DNA of 20,000 nt from an uncultured virus (IMG/VR IMGVR_UViG_2844359394_000002) (Duplodnaviria; Heunggongvirae; Uroviricota; Caudoviricetes). This document shows, in pieces, positions 1 through 11,500 of this stretch. Under the pieces are notes generated by a model that searched no databases, was not told where the DNA came from, and worked only from the letters and a program-made list of their open reading frames with translations. The position numbers and the translations under genes were made by a program. Location of the stretch: IMG/VR virus record IMGVR_UViG_2844359394_000002, one strand, 5' to 3'. Position 1 is the stretch's first letter, and every line of letters begins with the position of its first letter.

Positions 1-114
1 TCAAGCTGATGTTGAAATATCGATCAGAAAAAGAAGCACATGATAATATTGGTATTACATATATGCTGTAATTCGATTAATTTTTAATTAAAGCGAATTA
101 TTTCATACAGTCGT

Positions 115-438
115 TTGTACATCTCCTTTAGAATCACAAACGACTTTTTTATGAATAGAAAAAACAGCATCCATTGTATAAATAGGCATTTATACAATGT
201 TTTATTGTCAGAATTACGTACATTAGAGACGAAGTGTAATCGGATAACGGCAGAAGTGTCCGAGGTAAAAAAAATGATTGCCTTATTGCCCCCCGATATA
301 GGCACTCTTATTAGTTCAATCGAGCGTTCTGCTAAGGAAATGCACGAACAAAGTATCATGCACCGGAAATATGTGGAAAGGTGCATTAATGGCGAACCGA
401 AGATACACCTAATAAGGAGGGCTGACAATGGACTTTGA
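115..438 (+). CDS. Hypothetical protein with coiled-coil character (true start may be ATG at 151)
   Basis: ORF overlaps the sigma-factor start by 11 bp. Heptad-like segment LLSELRTLETKCNRITAEVSEVKKMI. Confidence 0.6.
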   Translation: MYISFRITNDFFMNRKNSIHCINRHLYNVLLSELRTLETKCNRITAEVSEVKKMIALLPPDIGTLISSIERSAKEMHEQSIMHRKYVERCINGEPKIHLIRRADNGL

Positions 439-901
439 AAAGGAATTATCAGAAATATATCCTTGGATATTAAAGGTGGCAAGAAAATTCTGCTGTTCCA
501 TGCAAGATGCTGAAGACTTAGCCGGTGATACAGTTTATAAGCTACTTGTGAATCGTGATAAATTTGATTGTTCTAAACCACTTCAACCGTGGTGCCTTAT
601 TATAATGAGGAATACTTATATAATAAGATACAATAGAAATTCCCTTATACATTTTACAGGGCTTGATATGGTAGACGGAAGTGCCATTTCTAACTGTACA
701 GCTCATTCAATACTGTTTGATGATTTGGTTTCCACAATACAACGGTGTGCTAAAAAATCCCGTTGTATTGATAGTGTGATGTATTATGCTAGTGGGTATT
801 CATATGATGAGATAAGTGAAATCCTGAACATTCCTGTTGGAACTGTAAGAAGTCGTATTTCTTCTGGTCGGAAAATGCTACTTCAAGAATTCAAATATTA
901 A
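428..901 (+). CDS. RNA polymerase sigma-70 family, ECF-type sigma factor
   Basis: Region 2 motif DAEDLAGDTVYKLL...FD...PWCLIIMRN and region 4 HTH GYSYDEISEILNIPVGTVRSRISSGRKML. 157 aa. AAGGAGG lies just upstream of the ATG. Confidence 0.88.
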   Translation: MDFEKELSEIYPWILKVARKFCCSMQDAEDLAGDTVYKLLVNRDKFDCSKPLQPWCLIIMRNTYIIRYNRNSLIHFTGLDMVDGSAISNCTAHSILFDDLVSTIQRCAKKSRCIDSVMYYASGYSYDEISEILNIPVGTVRSRISSGRKMLLQEFKY

Positions 902-949
902 TAGTGTGACTTATTAGAGAATTAACTTTATAATATCACGAAAATATAT

Positions 950-971
950 TATGTTTGAATATTTAATTTTG
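950..971 (+). promoter_or_regulatory. Possible Bacteroidetes -7 promoter elements for the DUF2971 gene
   Basis: TATGTTTG (950-957) and TAATTTTG (964-971) match TAnnTTTG. The -33 element is only imperfect (TTTA 927-930) and the context is AT-rich. Confidence 0.35.
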
Positions 972-993
972 AATAATTTTTTTATAAACTATA

Positions 994-2109
994 ATGGATG
1001 AAAAAATAATAACCACAAATGAATTGGAGGTACTTGCTAATGAATTTTATGGTTCTAAAATAACGCAAGAAGAGTATTTTTCTAGGTTGGATGATATAGA
1101 TTGTTATCAGGCACATTATTTGAAAGCACGTGTGTATTTGGATAAGCAAGATTTATCTAACGCAATGATAGAAATTAATACTTCTATTCATATGATTGAA
1201 GCGTATGATGAAAATGATTTAAAGTGTGAGTTGGGAACTTTTTTCCCTTCTTTGCAAGCATATGTTTATAGAGCTGCAGGAGAAATATATGCAATCCTAG
1301 GTGAACAAGATAAAGCGACTGAATTTTACATAAAGTCACAGTATTATTCTATCCAATTAAAGTCTGATTTTGACGGTGTAAAGTCAGGAATTGTTTATTC
1401 ATTTAGAAGTGTGAGTATTTATTCTTTGTCTGATTTAATATCAAATACTATAACAGTGTGTCATCCTTCTAAAATGAATGACCCCTTTGATAGTCTATTT
1501 CTTTTGTGGTCAAGTGAAAGTAATTTGAATAGAATTTGTAAAAATAATGCTCATATAAAGCCTTTCAGTGACTCTTTTCAATATTTTAAAATTAGAAGTT
1601 TTGTCGGAAATAAAAAATTAAGTTTAGATAATAACCTAATAAGAAAGGTGGTCATGTGGTCTCATTATGCTGATGCTCATAAAGGTTTTTGTATTAGATA
1701 TAAACTTTCAACGGTATTTATAAAACAGGCTCAGGGTAATGGTTATTCTCATAAATATTTAAAGAGGGTGCATTATCTCTCTAAAAATGAGAAATGTGAT
1801 ATTTTAACTAAAAAGAAAGATACAAATAGTTTGTTTATATGGAAATCTACAGAATGGAAATATGAAAATGAAATAAGATTAATTAGTTATGACCCAAGCT
1901 GTAAAGATGATCATCTTCAAATTCCTCTTGATAAGAACTCTATGATTGAAGCGATTTATTTCGGTTATAGATGCGTTGAAAGTAGTGTAAAGAATATAAT
2001 GCAAATTTTAGGAGAAGGAGTTCAGTATTTTAAGATGGATTATGATCCTAATAACGTTTATAAGTTGAAAGTGAATAAAATCTTATATAAAGACTATATT
2101 GATACATAG
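994..2109 (+). CDS. TPR-like N-terminus plus DUF2971-family domain protein (AT-rich moron, candidate defence gene)
   Basis: TPR-like helices (AHYLKARVYLDKQDLSNAM; AYVYRAAGEIYAILGEQDKATEFY). DUF2971-type motifs PSKMNDPFD, MWSHYADAHKGFCIRY and KSTEWKYENEIRLI. Very low GC (13/60 in 1801-1860). Confidence 0.78.
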   Translation: MDEKIITTNELEVLANEFYGSKITQEEYFSRLDDIDCYQAHYLKARVYLDKQDLSNAMIEINTSIHMIEAYDENDLKCELGTFFPSLQAYVYRAAGEIYAILGEQDKATEFYIKSQYYSIQLKSDFDGVKSGIVYSFRSVSIYSLSDLISNTITVCHPSKMNDPFDSLFLLWSSESNLNRICKNNAHIKPFSDSFQYFKIRSFVGNKKLSLDNNLIRKVVMWSHYADAHKGFCIRYKLSTVFIKQAQGNGYSHKYLKRVHYLSKNEKCDILTKKKDTNSLFIWKSTEWKYENEIRLISYDPSCKDDHLQIPLDKNSMIEAIYFGYRCVESSVKNIMQILGEGVQYFKMDYDPNNVYKLKVNKILYKDYIDT

Positions 2110-2224
2110 TTTTTAAGTTGATTCCGGTTACCTTATAAATTCTATTTTTACTAGATAATTTCGTAATATGCTTAAAATCTGATGCTTACATCTGTGTTTT
2201 GTAATGCGTGATTTTCAAGAATTT

Positions 2225-2252
2225 AGCCAATCGGAAAACCGGTTGGCTTTTT
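2225..2252 (+). terminator. Rho-independent terminator
   Basis: Stem AGCCAATCGG / CCGGTTGGCT (one G-U pair), loop AAAA, followed by a T run. Confidence 0.7.
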
Positions 2253-2289
2253 CTATATATTTGCTCGTGAACGTTCAAAAGGAGTTAAA

Positions 2290-4281
2290 ATGCTTTGTAA
2301 ATATGTACTTACCGTTGATAGTATTTCCTATGATATTCCCAAATCTTGTATTCAGAATTGGGATGAAATAAAGTTTTCCCGTAAACGCTCCGGACTTGAA
2401 GGAATAACTAGAACCTTTACTTCAAAATTCCAGTTTGTGGGAGAAGCCTATGATCTCATATTGGAGGAGTATTTGAGCAAATACCTAGCTTCTAATGCTA
2501 GTATCACTGTTTATACTATAACTAATTCTCATACTTATGAAGAATTCTTCAGTTGCCGACTGGATTTCGGTTCATTGACCTATGATGGAAATACTGTTTC
2601 TATTAATTCGATAGATGATAGTGTCGCTAATATCATAAAGGCTAACAAAGGAACGCAGTACGAATATTCGGTAGATGAGATAAAAGATGTATATCAGCTT
2701 TATTATGATAGACTACCGTTTAATTACTACGCGAACTATATATGTGGTGGATACTCTTTAGAAGATGGAGGGCAATATGTTGATTTCTCAAGAGATATAA
2801 CAGGAAAAACTATATTCCAGTCTCTTCCATTGGAAGTCGTAGAAAAAGACTTACCAGAATCAGATAGTCCTGTAGAAATAAATTCTGTGACTTTAGATAC
2901 TTCTGTACCTGCTTTTTTAAGGGCGCATAAACCAGTCAAGGTATATATAACCCCCGAATTCAACTTTTATTTAGGCAGAGGAGATGTAATGTTGACACTT
3001 GCTAAAGTTGATGGGAACGGTACCACAAGCACTATTGCGAGTTGGATAAATACCGATTATTCAGGAAATACACATACAACAGAAAAAGACACTTATAGAC
3101 CCGAACAATATCGGGATGTTTATGCAATAGATCTTCAAGATGGTGAATGTCTTCAATTTGTCATACATGATCCGATAGGTAATATGAATGTTAACGGACC
3201 TGGAAAGGTGTATTTTTCTAAATATTCACTACAGATTAAATGGACTTCAATAGCATCACCTATCAATATAGATGTGGTAAAACCTATTACTGTTCTGAAT
3301 AGTTTGCTCAAAAGTATGAATGGTGGTAAAGGGGGTATAAAAGGCGAGATAGCTTCCGGTGTAGACAATCGGTTGGACAATTGCCTTATTTTGGCTGCCG
3401 AAAGTATTCGTGGGATATTGTCTGCTAAATTATATACCTCATATACGAAGTTTGTAGACTGGATGGAAGCCTGTTTTGGCTTTGTTCAGAAGATTGAGGG
3501 GGATATTGTAAAGTTTGTCCATCGTGACAGCTTATTTACTTTTAATGGTAATAAGAATATATCAAGAAACATTTCAGATTTTCAATTTAAAGTAGACAGT
3601 TCTAGGATATATGCACGAGTTAAAGTTGGTTATGATAAAGTTGATTATGAATGCTTGAATGGTCGTGATGAATTTCGATTTACTGCTGAATATACTACTG
3701 GATTGCAAGTAACAGATAATACACTAGAGTTAGTGAGCCCTTATCGTGCAGATGCTTATGGCTTGGAAATCGTGTCACAGAAAAGGGGAAGTAGTTCTAC
3801 TGATAACGAAAGTGATAATGATGTGTTTATCGTTGGCGCAATGCTCGCTTATAATAAGGTTATTGGGAAAGCGGAATATGTACTAGAAAGGAATGCGGAT
3901 TGGAAGATTGCAGGTGTTCTAAATCCTGATGCAATGTTTAATGTTATGTATTGGCAGAAAGCTATGTTGAAAGCTAATGCTAAGTATATTGGCATGTTCG
4001 CTGATTCTCTTCATTATGCTTCTTCGGATGGGAATAGCAATGTTATAGTCAATGATGTGAAATTAACTGATGACTTTATACTTGAAGAGCATTTGGTCAC
4101 TTGTGGAGATGTTTCATTTACAACCTTTGATGAGGATATTCCACAAACAGATGATGGAACGATTAAGATTCAAAAAGGTGGCCTTGTTTACGAAGGTTAC
4201 ATCAAAGAGGTGAGTAGTACAGTTGAGAGAAACGAGGGAGTGAAGTATGATTTATTTGTCCGTTCAATAACAAAAGCCTAG
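2290..4281 (+). CDS. Putative phage virion (tail/baseplate-region) protein, 663 aa
   Basis: Long beta-rich ORF heading the run of genes leading to the receptor-binding and lysis modules. AAGGAG upstream. The function is inferred from position only. Confidence 0.55.
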   Translation: MLCKYVLTVDSISYDIPKSCIQNWDEIKFSRKRSGLEGITRTFTSKFQFVGEAYDLILEEYLSKYLASNASITVYTITNSHTYEEFFSCRLDFGSLTYDGNTVSINSIDDSVANIIKANKGTQYEYSVDEIKDVYQLYYDRLPFNYYANYICGGYSLEDGGQYVDFSRDITGKTIFQSLPLEVVEKDLPESDSPVEINSVTLDTSVPAFLRAHKPVKVYITPEFNFYLGRGDVMLTLAKVDGNGTTSTIASWINTDYSGNTHTTEKDTYRPEQYRDVYAIDLQDGECLQFVIHDPIGNMNVNGPGKVYFSKYSLQIKWTSIASPINIDVVKPITVLNSLLKSMNGGKGGIKGEIASGVDNRLDNCLILAAESIRGILSAKLYTSYTKFVDWMEACFGFVQKIEGDIVKFVHRDSLFTFNGNKNISRNISDFQFKVDSSRIYARVKVGYDKVDYECLNGRDEFRFTAEYTTGLQVTDNTLELVSPYRADAYGLEIVSQKRGSSSTDNESDNDVFIVGAMLAYNKVIGKAEYVLERNADWKIAGVLNPDAMFNVMYWQKAMLKANAKYIGMFADSLHYASSDGNSNVIVNDVKLTDDFILEEHLVTCGDVSFTTFDEDIPQTDDGTIKIQKGGLVYEGYIKEVSSTVERNEGVKYDLFVRSITKA

Positions 4282-4284
4282 AAT

Positions 4285-5529
4285 ATGATTATAAGTCCGT
4301 TTACCCCACTGTTTTTTTCTCCGTCTACCGATAAATTTGGAGCGAAAAGTAAATATGTGCAGTTATTCGCACGTACAGACAGGATTTTTGTTGAATTGAT
4401 TTTGACACCCAAAGAGCAGGAGCCTATTGTTTACATTAATAATCTTTTAAGTAATATATCTACACTTGTATCATTAAGCTCATGGAAGATGAATGATGAT
4501 AAGATTCTCTATTTCTATAACATTTCATTGCTTCCATGTGGATATTATACTGTAACAGTTAATGGGAATACGAGTGAGATTTTTAAAGTTACGGATGATG
4601 AGTGTGAGTTATCAGAAACCAGCCTTATTCAGTATTCAATGAAAGATAATAAGCAGCGTCTTGATGCTGTCTGGTGGATAGATGGGATGCAATACTTTTT
4701 TGATTTTCGAGTTCCTGGTGGTTTCAAAGATAACGGATGGACGTTCGGTGTGGATAATGAGCAGTTCGTGACTTCTGATGAGGATATTGTTGAGCTATTC
4801 AGCCACGAATATACAACTATATTATTCACGCTTGGAAATGGGATGGGATGCCCTGTATGGTTTGCTGAATTATTGAATCGTGTCTTATGCTGTAATTACG
4901 TCTACTTTGATGGTATTCGATATGCAAGAAAGGAAAGTAATGTTCCGGAACTTAACCAGCAAATCGAAGGATTGAAGAGTTTTGTATTCAATCAAATGTT
5001 ACAGAGGGTAAAAACGATTAATCCTGTTTTGGAGTGGAACAACCAAATGTCTATAAGAAGAATTCAAAATGATACTTATAGGATAACATCTGACAGTGGA
5101 GAGTTGAGGAGCATAAAGTCTGGTGGTGAAGCTGTAGAAGAATATACGTCAGTAATCACCGGTAAGTTGTATGTGCATTATCAGAAGATTATGACTAGTC
5201 TTTTTACATCTCATAATTATAGTTGTAAAGTGATTTTGGATAAACCGGCTAATAGTGGGGTGACGTTCATGATACCTTTTAATCTCACAAGCGCTGGTGT
5301 CGTAACTTCGGAAGTTAATCAGATTACAGTTGTCTTGGGAGGTTATTCGAATGAAGTTCAATTTTCTCAAAAGGGAAGTTCATACGATATTGATTTATTA
5401 TCAGGAGGTATATTAGAGTTCTTGAAAGGAACTGATGATAGGACTTATTATGAGGTGACTTGGGACGGTGAATTTGTTGATACGTTACCTGTTGCTTCTG
5501 ATGAAGTTTCTGATCCGTCATCAAATTAA
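4285..5529 (+). CDS. Putative phage structural protein, 414 aa
   Basis: Starts 3 bp after the previous stop. Beta-rich. No family recognised with certainty. Confidence 0.5.
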   Translation: MIISPFTPLFFSPSTDKFGAKSKYVQLFARTDRIFVELILTPKEQEPIVYINNLLSNISTLVSLSSWKMNDDKILYFYNISLLPCGYYTVTVNGNTSEIFKVTDDECELSETSLIQYSMKDNKQRLDAVWWIDGMQYFFDFRVPGGFKDNGWTFGVDNEQFVTSDEDIVELFSHEYTTILFTLGNGMGCPVWFAELLNRVLCCNYVYFDGIRYARKESNVPELNQQIEGLKSFVFNQMLQRVKTINPVLEWNNQMSIRRIQNDTYRITSDSGELRSIKSGGEAVEEYTSVITGKLYVHYQKIMTSLFTSHNYSCKVILDKPANSGVTFMIPFNLTSAGVVTSEVNQITVVLGGYSNEVQFSQKGSSYDIDLLSGGILEFLKGTDDRTYYEVTWDGEFVDTLPVASDEVSDPSSN

Positions 5530-5562
5530 TATAATAGTTTTAAACAATAAAGATAGAATAAA

Positions 5563-8500
5563 ATGACAGAGTCAGAGAAACAACAAATTATTAGCCTTGT
5601 GCTGCAAGCGTTGAAGACAAACAGTCTTACAATAGAACAACTGGCTGATACAACAGAGCTATCTAGAGATATGTATGTTGAAGTTAGTGGTGGTCGGAAA
5701 ATATCTATTGATTTGCTTTCAAGTACCATTGCTAAAATGGTGAATGGGGATTTTGATGCATTAGTGGAGAATGTCAATAAGATTGCAAAAGATTTATCGG
5801 ATGGAGACGCCGAGTTATTGAAACGTATAACAGGAGTGTCTGATAAATCCAATCCTTTGACTGACCCATTTAAAAGTATTGGCTCTTTTACTACTATTGG
5901 TAGCTTTAAAGATAAATTAAAAACAATGTATTCCGGGGATTCTTCTATTGGGAATTATCGGTGTATTTTGTCTGTTGATTCGTCTAAGATTCCTGTAAAT
6001 ATACAAATTGAACGGTTGGAGCTTAATAAGGTTTGTCAATCATTCACTTCGTGTATACAACTGGCTACCATGTCAGACAATGCCGAAGGTGTATATTTAG
6101 GTACAGTTTGTACAATCTCACGAATAGGTATTGTTTCCAATGAGAGTGTTGCATGGGGCAAATGGACTTCTGTAATAAATGACTTTGAGGAAAGGATAGG
6201 AAAAGCGAACGGTATCGCTCCTTTGAACGAAGAAAGTAAAGTTCCTTCTGAATGTCTGCCTGAACCGTTGTCTCTTGGGGAAGGTGAAGAAGAAGCTTTC
6301 CCCGGCAACCGTGGAAAGTCTTTGGAAGATACAATGAAAAATATCCCTTCCGATATAATCAAACCGGGTTCTTTCTCCGTCCTGTCTGACGCTTCCTATC
6401 TCGATGTGTATTTTAAGAAAGTGTCCAAAACAACCGGTAAAGAAACGGATGACAGCTTCCGTCTGCCTTCTGCTACCCTTGAACAAGCCGGCCTTTTGTC
6501 CGCCGAGGATAAGCAAGCCCTTGAGGATATGAAGAGCGGCACGCCCGCTGACGATGTAACACACCCCATCGTCATTGTTGATGAGATCCGCCCATTGAAA
6601 GACGGCTACTATACCCTTGAAACCGCTATTGCCGCCATTGTCTCCTATCAACAGGAATCTGGCGTCAAATATGAGCGAACGGGTCTCATCATTACTTACA
6701 AAACAGGCGAGTATGAAATGGAAACCCGGCAGTTCCAGGGTGCTGTGTCCGATTTTGCGACCCCTTCTCTTTGGAAACCCTTCGGGAATGGTGGTGGCGG
6801 TTCCGTTTTTGAAACTTCCGATGAACCGGCGGAAGGGGGAAAGGACGCCTTTTCAACTGGTGGCGCCTATGCCTATGTTCCGGCTAACCTCGACGTAAAC
6901 GTGGAAACAGAAGGCATTGTAAAACTTCAGATGAAGAACGCTGCCGGTGAAACCCTTGGCGATGAAGTGCAGTTCGCTATCGGCACGGGTGGCGGCGGTC
7001 AAACTGGTGGTACCATTGTTGCCATTGCTTTCCAGTCGACACCTGTCTATGGCTCTTACGGCTCCACGCTACGAACCTTTGCCGCCATTCGTTCCGTGAC
7101 CTCGAACGGTGTCGAATCCTCTGACAACCTGATTGAGAAACTGGAACTCGTAGACCGTGAAAGCGGGCTTACCGTCTGGACTGAAACCGTCAACAAAGCA
7201 TCTTCCGGTGACATGAAGGACTTCTCCTTTGAACTGGACTTCACCACATACTTTACGGCTGCCGGTACTCGGAAATTCAAGCTGATAGCCACTGACGAAA
7301 GCGGCAACACCGGTTCCAAGAATGTCAATGTAACAGCTGTTGATATTACCTGTACCTGTGTGCAGGTGCTCAACTATACCCCTGAAACTCTGCTTACTCC
7401 GACAACTGAAAGTTTCAGCCTTCCACTCTATAAGTTCGGAAACAACACCTCTGATAAAGGTATCAGTGCCCAGGTTGACATCAAGATTAATGGTGAATGG
7501 CAATCCCTGTCTACCACCGTTGTAAATGACAACTACTCGCACTCCGTTGTAATCCGCCCTGCTTCCCTCGGCCTAGAACACGGTACCTATCCCTTGCGCA
7601 TCCAAGGAACGGATGTCGCATCCGGAGTGAAAGGAAATGTCATCTACACGGCTGTCATGGTAATTGACCCGAATAGTTCCACACCTCTTGTCGCCTTGAG
7701 ATACGATGATAAAAACGGTGGAGTAGTCCGACTGTACGAAACCGTAGAACTTGATGTTGCCTGTTATGACCCGTTGGAAATGACTTCACCCGTCAGCGTG
7801 AAAGCCAATAACGTGCAGGTAACACAAATTGCTGCCAGTCGTAACAAAACCTATCAGGTCAAACAACAACTGCAGGGCTACAAGGCTGACGGCACCGATA
7901 CGGTCAACTATACTGCCGTATGCAAGGACGTGACTAGCGAACCTGTCCGGGTGACAGTTAGCGGTTCCGCCATTGACGCCGCCATAAAAGAAGGCGCCAT
8001 CTATAACTTTGACTTCTCATCCCGTACCAATCAGGAAACTGACCATAGCATTGTCAGCGGTAATTATGAAATGAAAGTGGACGGTGCCAACTGGACTACC
8101 AACGGTTTTGGCACATTCTTGGGTGAGAACTGCCTTCGCGTAGCCGAGAATGTGGGCGTGTCATTAAACCATGCCCCGTTTGCCGGCTCGTCCATCGAAT
8201 CCAACGGTGCCGCCATCCAGTTCGCTTTCGCTTCCAAGAACGTGACCGATGATGATGCCCTGCTCCTTAGCTGCTATGACGAAACGTCCGGTGCCGGCTT
8301 CTATGTCACCGGCCGGGTGGTCGGCATCTTCTGTAACAATGGCGTTTCCCGTCGTGAAGAACGCGCCTATCGACAGGGTGAAAAGATAACCGTAGCCGTG
8401 GTTGTTGAACCTGCAAGCAACTACGTTGAACGTGACGGCACACGGTATTCCATGATGAAACTCTTCCTCAGCGGTGAGGAAGTCGCCTGCCTTGGTTATG

Positions 8501-11500
8501 TTCCGGGCGGCGGCTCCCTGATTCAGACCAAGTATATAACGATGGATGGCAAACTGGGTGATTTGTATCTTTATTACATGATGGCCTGGAACTCCTATAT
8601 GGAATGGGCACAGGCGTTCAAGAACTACCTTGTCCGTCTGACCGATACAGAGGTAATGGTGAAGGAATACGCCTTTGAGGACATCCTTAAAAGCCAGACA
8701 GCCGAGGGTAGTACCCAAAGCCGCCCGTCGGCTGCCGAAATCTATTCACGCGGTATGCCTTACATTGTCGAATGCCCCTATGAAGGCTCCGATATAGAAG
8801 CACTGGACGGCACCACTTCCACCAGTACGAAGATATACATCACGCTCTATTACTTTGACCCCGAACGCCCGTGGCGTAACTTCAAGGCCGTGAGTGTCCA
8901 AACCCGCAACCAGGGAACCACCTCTGCCAAACGCCCGGTAAAGAATAAACGCTACTACCTCGCCAAGAGCAAAGGCAAAAACAAGGACACTCGAATCATA
9001 TTACTTAATCCGGACGATACGACGGAGGAAGGACGCCGTGCAATAGCCTTGGCTGCCATCAACAAAGTACAGGTCGGTGATAATACAATCCCGGTCGATG
9101 TCATTACCGTAAAAGTCGATTACTCCGATTCCGGCAATGCGAACGACTGCGGCGCCTGTGAAATGATGAACGTTACATACCGTGCCTTGGGTGGTAACTA
9201 TATGACACCTGTCCAACGTGCATTTGACGGAACATTTGACAGCGGTGACTTGCATATCGAAGATTTGCAGATGAACCACTCTACCGCCAATCACCCGGTA
9301 GCCACCTATCGGTGTAAGGATGACAGCCTGCAAAACGTCTATTTCCATGCCAAAGGCAACTGGAAAGAAGACAAAGGGGAACAGTTTGCCCTCGGCTTCA
9401 AAGATACCCCCGGCTATAACAAAGGTTGCCTGAATTATGGTGACTTCATAGAGTTCTTCGGTACTCCTGACGAAACTTTAGACGCAATTGAGATACGCTT
9501 CAAACAGACTGACGGCCTCGATACGGACAGTGTGTACCTGCTTTCCCTGTATTGTGGCAGCTCATACCGGATAATGAGGTACCAGGATGGTGTCTGGAAA
9601 AAGCAGTCCGGTTCCATGAAGTATGAAAACGGCAAATGGAATGTCACCGGTGACATCCTGAATCCGGTTGAAGGCTTCGAACTTCTTAACTACCAAGGTA
9701 TGGACTGGTTTCAGGGCGTCGGTTCTGTTCAGGATATGATGGCCATGAAAACGGACAAGTCCTCATGGGTTCAAAAACTCGTGGATAACGGAACTATCTC
9801 TGCTGATACCTTCCCGGCATGGACTTACTACTTTGAATCGCTTGTCGATGATGACCAGCTCGCCATTGATTACGCTTTGGGTAAGAAAGTGCCGTATAAC
9901 CTCTACCGATGGTTGCGCTTCTGTGATTCCTGCGATTACTCCAAAGGCGGGAACTGGCAAAGAACATGGAAGGAAAACCTGTATAAATACGCCTGCCCAG
10001 AAAGTGTCTTGAGTTATGACATCTTCACCGACTACCTTGCCGCCACTGACCAACGCGCCAAGAATATGCAGCCGATGTGGTTCTTGGAAGAGTATGCTTC
10101 CGTAACAGACGGTGTGTACAGCTCCGAGGATGCCATGCGCATGTACCTGAATAAAATCTATGACTGTGATACGCTCAATAGCAAGGACAACGACGGTGGT
10201 TGCACGGTTGACGCCGAGGTGGACCCCAACCGGACGAGCGATGAAACATTCACTAACCCTTATGCTGGCTACGGCTCCGTTCTGTTTAATAACATCTATC
10301 TCCAGCAAGTAGTGTGGACTGACTCATCCGGTACGGAACTCTCCCTGCGTACCGTTGCCGCCGCCATGCGTAACGTTCAGGCGACCATTGACGGCGTCAC
10401 CCTGCACCCGTTCTCACCCGAAGGAGCTACGCATTTCTTCATTGACAAACGGCTCAAAAAATGGCAGAAACTGGTTAGTTCTTACGACGGTGAACGGAAA
10501 TACATCTCCTATACCGCCACCTCTGATGCTATTTACTTCTATGCCCTGCAAGGTCTTGGACTTACCGCCCTTCCGTCTTTCATCGAAAGACGTTGGCGTA
10601 TTCGTGACGGCTATTTCCAAACCGGTGATTTCTTCAGCGGTGTAATTTCCGGGCGCGTATCTTCCAAATCAAACGCCACCATCCGGATTGTCGCTGCTAA
10701 AAACGGTTACTTCGGTGTCGGCAATGACGCTAGCGGCAACCTTTCCGAAAGCTGCTTCCTTGAAGCGGGCGAAGAATATGTATTCACCAACTTCTCACAT
10801 GAGGAAGGCGCCTTGCTGTATATCTATCAGGCTGACCGCATGAAGCTGCTCGACCTGTCTGAAATCTCCCTGTCAAGTACGGTGAGCTTCTCCGCCATGC
10901 AACTTGTGGAAACCCTTATCTTGGGCTCTGACACCCATACAGAACAATCCATCGGTTCTTACGCACCGCTTACCTCGCTGAACTGCGGCGAAATGCCCTT
11001 CCTCGTATCACTCGATATCCGGAACACACAAATCGCTACGCTCGTCACCGACAAATGCCCACGTATCGCCCATATCAATGCGTCCGGTAGCAAACTGGAG
11101 AACATCACTCTTGCAGAGACTTCTCCGATTAATGACATCTCTCTTCCAGCAACAATGACAAGCCTCCGTTTTGTCGGTCTTCCTGAACTGACCTATACAG
11201 GTCTTTCCGCCCCGTCCGGCCTGCAAATAGAATCCATGCCGAACGTCCAACGCCTGCGTCTTGAAACGTCGCCTAAACTTGACGCCATTCAGATGCTCCG
11301 TGACGTCCTCGCTTCACAAACGGCATCCCGTAAACTTTCCATGCTCCGTATCTCGAACATGACACTGAAGGCTGACGGCTCCGAGCTTCTTGCCATTCTC
11401 GAATATGGAGTTGCCGGAATGGATGAGGACGGCAACAGACAGGATAAACCGGTAGTCAACGGCACGTATGAACTGACAGTTATCCGTGAAACGGATGAAA

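Noticed and set aside
1..43. Possible 3' end of an upstream gene (QADVEISIRKRST-stop)
   Set aside because: Too short to support a call; the start lies outside the window.
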